Positions 1-10,500 of a stretch of 64,000 nucleotides of DNA are shown here, piece by piece. The first letter of the stretch is position 1; every line of letters begins with the position of its first letter. The position numbers were made by a program, and so were the translations under genes. Origin of the DNA: Chiloscyllium plagiosum (Eukaryota); the NCBI RefSeq assembly GCF_004010195.1, contig NC_057759.1, positions 2,275,199 to 2,339,198 of the forward strand, in the 5' to 3' direction. Below the pieces are notes generated by a model. That model was not told the origin of the DNA, made no database searches, and worked only from the letters and a program-made list of their open reading frames with translations.

Positions 1-1458
1 TCACAACATCTTTCCGATAGGAAGGAGACCAGAATTGCATGCAATATTCCAACAGGGGCCTAACCAATGTCCTCCCAACTCTTGTTCTCAATACTCTGAA
101 CAATAAAAGAAAGCATACCAAACGCCTTCTTCATTATCCTACCCATCTGTGACTCTACTTTCAAGGAGCTATGAACGTGCATTCCAAGGTCTCTTTGTTC
201 AACAACACTCCCTAGGACCTTACCGTTAAGTGTATAAGTCCTGCTAAGATTTGCTTTCCCAAAATGCAACAGCTCGCATTTATCTGAATTAAACTCCATC
301 TGCCACTTCTCAGCCCATTGGTCCATCTGGTCAAGATCTTGTTGTAATTTGAGGTAACCCTCTTCGCTGTCCACCTTCATTTCCATTATATAAATGATGA
401 AAAGTCGTGGACCTAGCACTGATCCTTATGGCACTCCAGTAGTCACAGGCCTCCAGTGTGGAAAACAACCCTCCACCAGAAACCTATGTCTTCCACCTTT
501 GAGCCAGGACTGTATCCAAATGGCTAGTTCTCCCTGCATTCCATTGCTAACCAGTCCCCCATGGGGAACCTTGTTGAATGCCTGACTGAAGTCCATAAAG
601 ATCACATCTACTGCTCTGTCCTCATCAATCCTCTTTGTTACTTCTTCAAAAAGTTCAATCAAGTTTGTGAGACGTGATTTCCCACGCACAAAGCCATGTT
701 GACTATCCCTAATCAGCCCTTGCCTTTCCAAATACATGTACATCCTATCCGTCAGGATTCCCTCCAACAACTTGCCCACCACCGGCATCAGGCTCACTGG
801 TCTATAGTTCCCCTGCTTGTCCTTACCACCCTTCTTAAACAGTAGCACCACGTTTGCCAACCTCCAGTCTTCCAGCACCTCACCTGTGACTATCAATGAT
901 ACAAATATCTCAGCAAGAGACCCAGCAATCACTTCTCTAGATTCCCACAGAGTGCTTCGGTACACATGATCAGGTCCTGGGGATTTATCCACCTTTACGT
1001 TTCAAGACATCCAGCACTTCCTCCTCTGTAATATGGACATTTTGTAAGATGTCACCATCTATTTCCCTACAGTCTATATCTTCCATATTCTTTTCCACAG
1101 TACATACTGATGCAAAATACTCATCTTGTATCTCCCCCACTTTCTCCGCCTTGCTGATCTTTGAGGTGCCCAATTCTCTCCCTAGTTACCCTTTTGTCCT
1201 TAATGTATTTGTAAAAACCCTTTGGATTCTCCTTAATTCTATTTGCCAAAGCTATTTCACGTCCCCATTTTGCCCTCCTGATTTCCCTCTTAAGTATACT
1301 CCTACTTCCTTTATACTCTTCTAAGTATTCACTCAATTTAACCTGTCTATACCTTACATATGCTTCCTTCTTTTTCTTAACCAAGCCTTCAATTTCTTTA
1401 GTCATCCAATATTACCTATACCTACCAGCCTTTCCTTTCACCTTGACAGGAATATACC
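1..1458 (-). mobile_element. CR1-clade LINE ORF2 fragment (RT region), frameshifted
   Basis: ORFs 60..419, 426..992 and 1121..1405 carry CR1 motifs DKSPGPD, NYRPVSL, QHGFVRGKS, DVIFMDFSQAFNKVPH, WQMEFNSDKC; an internal deletion removes the FADD motif. Confidence 0.93.
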
Positions 1459-1469
1459 TGGTCTAAATT

Positions 1470-2092
1470 TGGCACATATCCCTTTAAATCCTTCCTGTTC
1501 ATTTACCCATTCAGGCTCCTTTTAAATGTTGTAATTGTTTCCACCTTCATCACTCATTCCATATGCACATCACCCTCTGCATGAAAAGGTTGTTCCTCAG
1601 GTTATTTTTAAAATCTTTGCCCTCTCACCTTAAACCTATGCCCTCTATTCTCCTCCACCCAAGGAAAAATACCTTGGCTTTTCATCCTATCGATGCCCCT
1701 CATGATTTTATAAGCATCTGTAAAAATCACCCCTCAGATTCCGATGCTCCAGGGAAAAAAGCCCCAGCGTATTCAGCCTCTCCCGATAAATTCAAACACT
1801 GGTAACATTTCTGTCAATTTTTTTGCACCCTCTTAAGATTAACAACATCCTTCCTATGGCAGCGCGATCTAAACTGTACGCAGTTCTCTAACAGTGCCCT
1901 AACCAATGTCCTATGCAGCCCGAACATGATGGCCCAGCTCCTAAACTCAGTGCACTTACCAAAGGAGACAAGCATGCCAAACACCTTTTTTACAACTTTT
2001 TCTAACCGCCACTCCACTTTCAAGCAGCTGTTCATATGCACTGGTGGTCTTATACAGTAAATGGTAGGACTATGGGGAGTGTTGCCAAACAA
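1470..2092 (-). mobile_element. Degenerate CR1 3' fragment
   Basis: ORF 1814..2092 (RTLVRALLENCVQFRSRCHRKDV) resembles the CR1 C-terminal domain; same 3' sequence as other CR1 copies in the window. Confidence 0.85.
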
Positions 2093-3399
2093 TAAGTCCT
2101 GCCCTTTTTTGAGCTATGAGAATGTATATGTAACTACATTCTCTCTCTGTCAGCTTCTGCAATGTGAATATGTGGGAGCAGCTTAGTCAGTTTCTGCGGT
2201 GTGACTGTGGGAGTGAAGTTCTCAATCTGTATTAATCAGTTTCTACTCTTACATACCAATTTGGCTTAATTCCCTGGCAGCCACTAATATTTTCCGTGAC
2301 TGTGATTTATTCCATTGGAAAAGTTATGAGGATGTTGAAATGGGGTCTTTATCTTAACCTCTAAGCATTTTGTGAATTCTGAGTTTTTGCTTAGTCTGTG
2401 GGTTAAGGAAGAGGAAAGCAGACGGGCATATAGTTCAGAATCCCAACAATTACTGAAAACTTGTATGCAGAACAGTAAAATAATAGAATGGGATAAATGG
2501 CCTGCGTTTGTACTGTACCAATTCTGTGATTCAGGTGAATAAAAGGCATTCACATCCTATTGTACATAGTATCAGTATAAAACTATCATGTAGCAATGGA
2601 CAGATCAGTTTATTAAAAAAAAAATGGTCCTGTCAATCAGTGTAGGATATTTCCTTGCTTTGGGTTCTGTGTTATCACTGAGACATTTGGTTTCGAATTG
2701 AACGTAGACATTGTTGAAGTTTCTTTTGTTTGAAAGTGAGATTTATTCTGCATTTGTCTATTCATCCTGCATGTTTTTTTTAATTGTTGCACATTATTTA
2801 ATTATTGTGTCTTCAGTCCCGTTTCCCCTTGCTGGGGAGCATATGAGCACTCGTGAGTCGTTTTTCAGCTGTTTCTATTTCTTGAAGTTACACTTTAACA
2901 CTTGATCAGTTCCGGAGCCACCATTCACGGTGGGATATGAACAGTGAATAATACTACAGGCAAACGAAAAAGAAACGTGCCCCCGTTTTTGAGTACGAGG
3001 AGCAGATGGCGCTGTTTTCTCCGATTCCAGATGACAGTAAATGAGGCTTTCTGCTGTCGGTGAGAGATTATCAAAATGAACCGAGATCAAACCAGAGCAG
3101 CTGCAGGACTGGGATGGCAAATGTGGAGCTTTTGCTGATGTCAGAACTAGTGCACAAAGGCTAGGCGACATTAAAATATTGTCTAAAGACGATTAATGAG
3201 CTCAGCCGGAAGAACGTTCTGTAATGTTTAATCAACATTTCGGAGTGTTTTCGAAATGTGAAATGAAGAGATTAATTGCAGATTGCAGTTCTTGGCGCAT
3301 GCTTTTGTTTCTGCCAGTTCTTCAGGTCCAGAAAAGAGAAAAAAGTAGAAAGAGATAGATGCAGTTAGGCAAATGGATGAGCGAGAGAGATTGCCTGAA

Positions 3400-3578
3400 G
3401 TATGGTTTAGAGATGCCGGTCTTGGACTGGGATGTACAAAGTTAAAAAAAAAACACAACACCAGATTATAGTCCAATAGGTTTATCCACCTGATGAAGGA
3501 GCGGCGCTCTGAAAGCTAGTGTGGTCCCAATTAAACCTGTTGGACTATAACCTGGTGTTGTGTGATTTCTAACTTTGT
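3400..3578. mobile_element. Short fold-back (inverted-repeat) Penelope-type tail element enclosing a hammerhead motif
   Basis: Arm 3436..3484 is the near reverse complement of 3532..3578; hammerhead core lies in the spacer. Confidence 0.75.
3487..3521 (+). ncRNA. Minimal type I hammerhead ribozyme motif (family A)
   Basis: CAC-CTGATGA-A-GGAGC ggc GCTCT-GAAA-GC-TA-GTG: complete catalytic core, stem II, stem I CAC/GTG, palindromic AGCT in place of stem III. Confidence 0.75.
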
Positions 3579-4345
3579 CTGAGGTATATATTTGTAACCG
3601 AATTAACAAGTATTGATGGATTCTCCTCTGAACAACGTCCTCTTTTTCAATGTAAAACATACTCCGTTGTTTGTAAATCGGCGGGCTTTTCAAATCGGAA
3701 AGAAAGTTATTGATGATTTGGCGCTGGCTTCAAGAGAAGGGAACGTGCCCTCTCTACTCCCTGCCTCTTGGGAGCATATTAAACACCAGTAAATCTTTTT
3801 TTCTTCTGTTTGCTGCTATCTGCTCAAGTTACTCTCTAACATTTGGTTATTCCAGGAGCTACAAGCCCCGGTTGGGATGTGAGCCCTGAGTGTCAACCCC
3901 GGGAAACAGATCCATGGGTAGATACATTACACACTGATTTTTCAATTTCCAAAACTCCGCGGGGGCGGCAATGATGATTGAATGATGTAAATGAGGTTTT
4001 CTGCTGTCAGCTAGAACCAGAACAGTTGCCGGACTGGAATAGTTAATGTGGAGCTTCTGCAATAAGGGAGCACGGTATTAAAATAATATCGAAAGGCAGT
4101 GTTCGTTATCAATGCGCTCACGGACAAGAACGTTCATGAAATCCTGACAGGGCTGAATGAGGGCATTCGGCCCATCGAGACTGAAACTTCCCTTCGAAGA
4201 GAATCTCGAATCCTTTAAATAGCTTCTGGACTCAGTACCCTAAAGAAAGACTGTGTGAATTGGACTTTTATAATCGAAAAGCAAATTAACGACGAAGTAC
4301 GAATGCGTTGTGTTCTATAAAACGGCCTTCTCTGATCTACATCGT

Positions 4346-4405
4346 GGCGGGATTTTCAAATGTGAAAGAAAACGGTTGATGATTTTGGCGCCATGTTTTC
4401 CCGCC
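4346..4405. promoter_or_regulatory. Cluster of E2F/CHR-like cell-cycle motifs
   Basis: GGCGGGATTTTCAAA (4346..4360), TTTTGGCGCC (4383..4392), TTTTCCCGCC (4396..4405); motif match only. Confidence 0.4.
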
Positions 4406-4701
4406 TGCTTTCTCAGCAAAGACAGCTGGTGGGAACACCAAGGGAGACAGTGAGGACAGAGGAGATGTCATCCGGAATAAACATTCCCCGACCTAATATA
4501 TAATGTAATAATTGCATAACATTCATGGCAATGTACTAATCGGTGCCGCAGAAAGCCGTGTCTTCCAACTAACTCCCCTCCCGGCTCGGCTAGATTCAAA
4601 ATATATTGAAGAACAACAGAATTGACTTCGTGCGGAGGGAACAAATTAATGTCGTGCTCTCAGGTCCCCTATCGCTTCCCGCTCCCTCTGGATGGTTTCG
4701 T

Positions 4702-4717
4702 GGCTCTGAAAAGAGCC
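4702..4717 (-). terminator. Histone mRNA 3' stem-loop
   Basis: Minus strand reads GGCTCTTTTCAGAGCC, about 50 nt after the H3 stop, followed by purine-rich HDE-like CAGAGGGAGC. Confidence 0.96.
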
Positions 4718-4768
4718 GTTGTGCTTTTCTCTGTCTCGGGGTGAATGTGCCGGGAGGCCAAGCTCCGT

Positions 4769-4851
4769 TTAGGCGCGCTCCCCGTGGATCCGGCGGGCCA
4801 GCTGGATGTCTTTGGGCATGATGGTGACCCGCTTGGCGTGGATGGCACACA
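4769..4851 (-). CDS. H3: Replication-dependent histone H3, C-terminal part (remainder in assembly gap); gene or pseudogene
   Basis: Translates CAIHAKRVTIMPKDIQLARRIHGERA*, the canonical H3 C-terminus except R131H. Confidence 0.95.
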
Positions 4852-5007
4852 NNNNNNNNNNNNNNNNNNNNNNNNNNNNNNNNNNNNNNNNNNNNNNNNN
4901 NNNNNNNNNNNNNNNNNNNNNNNNNNNNNNNNNNNNNNNNNNNNNNNNNNNNNNNNNNNNNNNNNNNNNNNNNNNNNNNNNNNNNNNNNNNNNNNNNNNN
5001 NNNNNNN
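4852..5007. other. Assembly gap (156 N)
   Basis: Run of N. Confidence 1.
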
Positions 5008-5037
5008 CTGTCAATGCTGAGGCTGCTGCGGTGCTGC

Positions 5038-5162
5038 CTATTTAAGGGAACGGAGAGCCCGCCCTAGAGCTGGGATTGGATACAGCCCTGTCCCTTAACC
5101 CACAGATAAACAGCTCCGGAAGGAAAGAAAAGGCAGGAAAAGAATTGTTGGAGTCTGATTGG
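5038..5162 (-). promoter_or_regulatory. Histone-type promoter facing the gap and H3
   Basis: Minus strand: CCAAT boxes (5158..5162, 5075..5079), GC box GGGCGGGC (5057..5064), TATA-like TTAAATAG (5038..5045), in the expected order. Confidence 0.7.
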
Positions 5163-5169
5163 TTCACTG

Positions 5170-5250
5170 GAAATGACAGTTGGTCAGGGTGGACAAAGTT
5201 AAAAATCACACAACACCAGGTTATAGTCCAACAGGTTTATTTGGAAGCAC
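5170..5250 (-). mobile_element. Second, truncated copy of the family-A Penelope-type tail
   Basis: acaaagttaaaaatcacacaacaccaggttatagtccaacaggtttat matches the arms of 3436..3578. Confidence 0.8.
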
Positions 5251-5259
5251 ACTTGATAT

Positions 5260-5299
5260 GCAGACGTTTCATTACCTGGCTAGGTAACATCATCAGTGG
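5260..5299 (-). ncRNA. Minimal hammerhead ribozyme motif in Penelope 3' terminal repeat (family B)
   Basis: Minus strand: CCA-CTGATGA-T-GTTACCT agcc AGGTAAT-GAAA-CG-TC-TG; GUC cleavage triplet. Confidence 0.82.
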
Positions 5300-7444
5300 C
5301 GACCTCCAAGTGAAGTGAAGCTGTTGTCTCCTGCTTTCTATTTATATCTTTCTCCTGGATGGGGTTCCTGGGGCTTGTGGTGATGTCACTTCCTGTTCGT
5401 TTCCGGAGGGGTTGATAGATGGCATCTAGATCTATATGTTTGTTTATGGCGTTGTGGTTGGAGTGCCAGGCCTCTAGGAATTCTCTGGCATGTCTTTGCT
5501 TAACCTGTCCCAGGATAGATGTGTTGTCCCAGTCGAATTGGTGGGTTTTTTCATCCGTGTGTAGGGCTACGAGGGAGAGAGGGTTGTGTCTTTTTGTGGC
5601 TAGCTGGTGTTCGTGTATCCTGGTGGCTAACTTTCTTCCAGTTTTTCCTACGTAGTGTTTGTGGCAGTTCTTGCATGGAATTTTGTAGATGACATTGGTT
5701 TTGTCCATGGGTTGTACTGGGTCTTTTAAGTTTGTTGGTTATTGTTTGAGAGTGTTGGTGGGTTTGTGTGCTACCAGGATTCCGAGGGGTCTTAGTAGTC
5801 TGGATGTCATTTCTGAAACTTATTTGATGTATGGTAAGGTGGTTAGGGTTTCTGGCTGTGTTTGGTCTGCTTGTCGTGGTTTGTTCCTGAGGAATCTGCG
5901 CACTGTAATTTTTGAGTATCCGTTCTTCTTGAATACGTTCTCCTGTGTTCTCCTCTGTTTTCCGAAGGTCGTCTGTGATGCAGCGTGTGGTGGCTCGTTG
6001 GAATAGTGTTCTGATACAGCTTTGTTTCTGTGTGTTGGGATGGTTGCTGGTGTAGTTGAGTATTTAGTCAGTGTTTGTCGGTTTTCTGTATACACAGGTT
6101 TGTAATACTCCGTTGTCCTTTCTTTCTACTGTGACGTCCAGGAATGCGCGTTTGTTGTCGGTTTCTTCCTCCTTGATGAACTTTATGCCTGTGAGGGTGT
6201 TGTTGATGATGTTAAATGTCTCTTCTATATTGTTTCGTTTTGTGATGACAAAGGTGTCATCTACGTAGCGGACCCAGATTTTTGGTTTGATGGTTGATAG
6301 GGCTGTTTGTTCTCGCCTTTGTATTACTGCTTCGGCTGTGAATCCTGATAGCGGAGATCCCATGGGTGTGCCATTGGTTTGTTTGTAGACTATGTTGTTG
6401 AAAGTGAAGTGGGTGGTGAGACACAGGTCCACTAGCTTCATGATATTTTCGTTGGTAATGTGATTGATGGTGGTTGGTGTGTGTGTGATGGTCTCTTCTA
6501 AAAGTGTGGTAAGTGTTTCCTTTGCCAGGTCGATGTTGATGGAGGTGAAGAGTGTGGGGTTGTGGGGTCTGGTCTAGCACCACCTGTTGGTAGGTGTTAG
6601 TGTCTGCGAGTAGTGCATTGGCTTTCTCTATGTAATCCCTTCTGTTCAGGATGACTGTGAGCCGACCTTTGTCTGCAGGTAATACAACGATGTTTTTGTC
6701 TTTTTTGAGGTTTTCTAGGGCTTTCTTTTCTTGTGTGTTCAGTTTGTTTCCTTCCCTCTTTCGGCTCAGAGTAAGTGCAACTGTCTGTCTGATCGTTTGT
6801 TGTGTTTCTTCCGTGAGATTGTTGCCCTTCAATGTGGTTTCTAATGCCGCTAGGAAATCCTTCCTGTCAGTGGCTCGGTAATTGAAATTTAATCCTTTTA
6901 CTAGTACCGCTTTTTCTGTGTCTGATAGGGTCCGGCCTGATAAGTTCTTTATCCATGCCCCTGTGTTATCGGTTTTGTCTTTTTTTGTGTGAGTTTGTCA
7001 AGTTTTTTCTTCAGGTCCCGATTTTTCTTTATCTGTGTTTGTCGTTATTTGGTCTTTGTGGCTCGTTCTACCGGGTCTGTCCATTCTTGATTTGTTGCTT
7101 GTTTGAATAACAGTTTTTGGCGCGCAATTTCCCGGTTGTATTTTCGCAGTCTGTGGTGGGCGTCATTGATTAGTTCTCGGAGCATTCTGCGGCCGTTTTG
7201 TTCTGTTAAACTTCTGGCTTGAGGTGTTTTTATCGGCGGTTTATATTGGAGACATTTTGGCAATACCTGTTTTCTGAAACATTCATGCAGGAAGTACAGT
7301 TGTTCGTGGGTGGAACTTTCTCGGATGGCATTCCTTTCCCATCTTCGGGCAAGTTGTAGCGTGTTGCGCCCATAGGTTTTTGAAGGTTTATGAAGGTTTG
7401 AGGTTTAGGGTGTAGGTTTGCTCGCTGAGCTGTAGGTTTGATAT

Positions 7445-7484
7445 CCAGATGTTTCATTACCTGGTTAAGTAACATCATCAGTAG
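7445..7484 (-). ncRNA. Hammerhead motif in Penelope 5' terminal repeat (palindrome mutated)
   Basis: Minus strand: CTA-CTGATGA-T-GTTACTT aacc AGGTAAT-GAAA-CA-TC-TGG. Confidence 0.72.
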
Positions 7485-7564
7485 CGACCTCCAAGTGAAG
7501 TGAAGCTGTTGTCTCCTGCTTCCGATTTATATCTTTCTCCTGGATGGGGTTCCTGGGGTTTGTG

Positions 7565-10500
7565 TTGTTTCTGCTGCAACACCATTAGTCTTTCAAGGCT
7601 AAACACTTCTGCCTGACCCACTGCCTGTTTAGGTATTTCCTGCACCATGACATCAAACAGTCTGTCTATTAACTGCACCTCAACACCTTTATCTTTCTCC
7701 TTAATTTTTTTCTTCTGTCTGTAGCTTCTGATCGTGGGATTTGTTACTACACAGTCTGGAAAAAAATCCACTAAATCGTTCCAAAGATAAAACTGGATTC
7801 CTGGAACTGACACACTGTCAGTCATTCCCACTAATCTTGAATTGGCACTGCAACCTGATGTTAAGTGAAGGACTGCAAAAGTTCTGTCCATCTATCCCAC
7901 AAATTACCACTCATTCGTGTATCAGATCAGAAAATGTGCAAATAAGTTAATCTTTTACTATTAGAGACTGATTAAAATCTGTATCACTCAAAATTATAAC
8001 ATCTTTACCCCTACTCCCGCAGTTCTTACTGAGTAAACTTTACTCACAGTGGTGAAGTCCTTATAGAGCTCAGGCACTAACTGCACACATAGCCCCTGCC
8101 AGGCTGTGCAGTCTGCTGCAGCTTCTCGACCTTTCTTCGGGTTTCGTTTGCTACTTTCATTATGCCACTGGCTTAGCTTCTTTGACCGCATCTTTTCCCA
8201 CAGCGTCTTTCTTCACCAATCAGCACTATGACTTCCTTGTCCCACTTTCTGGCAGTGAAAACGCATTTTTCCAGTGCCTTTCTTAAACCACGGGCACTGT
8301 AATTTTCTGTGTCCCACCCCATTACAATGAAAACACCCAAGGCCTTTCACCTCCTTTCCCCAATCTTGGCTTCTTTTTTAACCTTGGGTAAACTATTACC
8401 AGTGTGCTCTACTCTTTGTTTTATATGATAGAATACCCCATATCCCAATTTCTATCCCTTACTAGATGAATTTCTAGCCAGAGGCTAAACCTTTTCTCAT
8501 GCACAAATGTATGTTCATTTGCAATCTCTGCTGCGCTTCTCACTTCTCGAACTTTCTGTTCATCCAAATGAATTCTTAACATTTCTGGAAATGAGTTTTT
8601 AAACTCCTCTACCAGAAACATCTGTCTTAGAGCTTCATAGGTCTTAAATATTTTTGTGTCCTGCACCCATCTATCAAAAATATTTTTAATTCTTTCAAAC
8701 TCAATATAAGTCAGAACTGGTTCCTTCGTTATGTTTCTGAACCGTTGTCTATACGCTTCTGGTACCAATTGATCAGCACTCAAAACAACGGATTTGTGAG
8801 GTGTAGGACTTGCCTTACAAGTCTTATTGAATTCTTTGAGGAGGTGACCAAGCATGTGGATGAGGGTAGAGCAGTGGATGGAGTTTAGTAAGACATTTGA
8901 TAAGGTTCCCCATGTAGGCTTATGTGGAAAGTCAGGAGGCATGGGATAGTGGGAAATTTGGCCAGTTGGATAGAGAACTGGCTAACTGGTCGAAGTCAGA
9001 GAGTGGTGGTAGATGGTAAATATTCAGCCTGGAGCCCAGTTACAAGTGGAGTTCCGCAGGGATCAGTTCTGGGTCCTCTGCTGTTTGTAATGTTTATTAA
9101 TGACTTGGAAGATGGAGTCGAAGGGTGGGTCAGTAAATTTGCAGACGATACGAAGATTGGTGGAGATGTGGATAGTGAGGAGGGCTGTTGTCGGCTGCAA
9201 AGGGACTTATATATGATTCAGAGCTGGGCTGAGGAGTGGCAGATGGAGTTCAACCCTGTCAAGTGTGAGGTTGTCCCATTTTGGAAGGACAAATAAGAAT
9301 GCGGAATACAGGGTTAACGGTAGGGTTCTTAGTAAAGTGGAGGAGCAGAGGGATCTTGGTGTCTATGTTCCCATAGCTCTTTGAAAGTTGCCACTCAGGT
9401 GGCTAGAGCTTGGAAGAAGGCCTATGGTGTATTAGCGTTCATTAGCAGAGGGATTCAATTCAATAGTCGTGAGGTGATGTTGCAACTGTACAGGACTTTG
9501 GTTAGGCCACATTTGGAGTACTGTGTGCAGTTCTGGTCGCCTCATTTTAGGAAAGATATGGAAGCTTTGGAGAGGGTGCAGAGGAGATTTACCAGGATGT
9601 TGCCTGGAATGTAGAATAGGTCGTACGAGGATAGGTTGAGTGTGCTAGGCCTTTTCTCAATGGAACGGTGAAGGATGAGGGGAGACTTGATAGAGCTTTA
9701 TAAGATGATCATGGAAATAGATAGAGTAGACAGTCAGAGTCTTTTTCCCCGGGTACAACAGAGCGTTACAAGGGGACATAAATTTAAGGTGAAGGGTGGA
9801 AGGTATAGAGGGGAATGTCAGGGGTAGGTTCTTTACCAAGAGAGTAGTGGGGGCATGGAATGCGCTGCCTGTGGGAATGACAGAGTCAGAATGATTGGTG
9901 ACCTTTAAGCGGCAATTGGATAGGTACATGGATAGGTGCTTAAGCTAGGACAAATGTTCAGCACAACATCGTGGGCCGAAGGGCCTGTTCTGTGCTGTAT
10001 TGTTCTATGTTCTATGTTCTAACCTATTTGACATTTTCATAATCTCTTGACCCCTCATCTGACAGCACTGCAAATACATAACCTGCTCTCCCTACCAGTT
10101 TAGTCTGAACTAGTATTACCCACAAGTTCTATGACCACTCCATCTGCAAAGCTAATTTCTAAACTGAAATAAAGAAGGCCTCAACATCTTTTTCATCAAA
10201 ATGTGGCAGTTTTTATAACATACTGGTCGATATCACTACATTCCATTTTCACCTTCATCCAGTTAACTTGACTTTATTGACTAATTCGCAACTGCTGAAG
10301 TTCGAGTCTCTCTCATTTTCTCTTTCTTTTCTCTCTCCCTTTCTCCTCTCTCCCTTTCTCTCTCTCTTTCCTTTTCTTCTTTCTCCCTTTTATTCTCTCA
10401 CTCTTTGCTCATTTAAGAACCTTCATTCTTTCTTTTTCCTCTCTCTCTTTCTCTCTCTTTTCTCTCTCTTTCTCTCTCTCTTCTCTCTCTCTTTCACTCT

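Larger units (their letters stand above)
2820..4400. repeat. Diverged local duplication 3' of the histone gene
   Basis: Shared blocks gggagcatat..aagttac..taaca (~2835/~3770), atgaggyttttctgctgtc..atgtggagctt (~3040/~3990) and ggcgggmttttcaaat (3680/4346). Confidence 0.75.
5253..7564 (-). mobile_element. Penelope-like retroelement (RT + GIY-YIG endonuclease) with ~127-bp direct terminal repeats; defective
   Basis: ORF 6064..6441 GTPMGSPLS, WVRYVDDTF, FLDV; ORF 5280..5708 NVIYKIPCKNCHKHYVGKTGRKLATRIHEH; direct repeats 5253..5379 and 7438..7564; frameshifts and RT N-terminal deletion near 6560. Confidence 0.95.

Noticed and set aside
3436..3578. Classical DNA-transposon MITE
   Set aside because: Arms are asymmetric (left extends further), no short TSD seen, a single-arm copy exists at 5170, and the spacer is a ribozyme motif typical of Penelope-like elements
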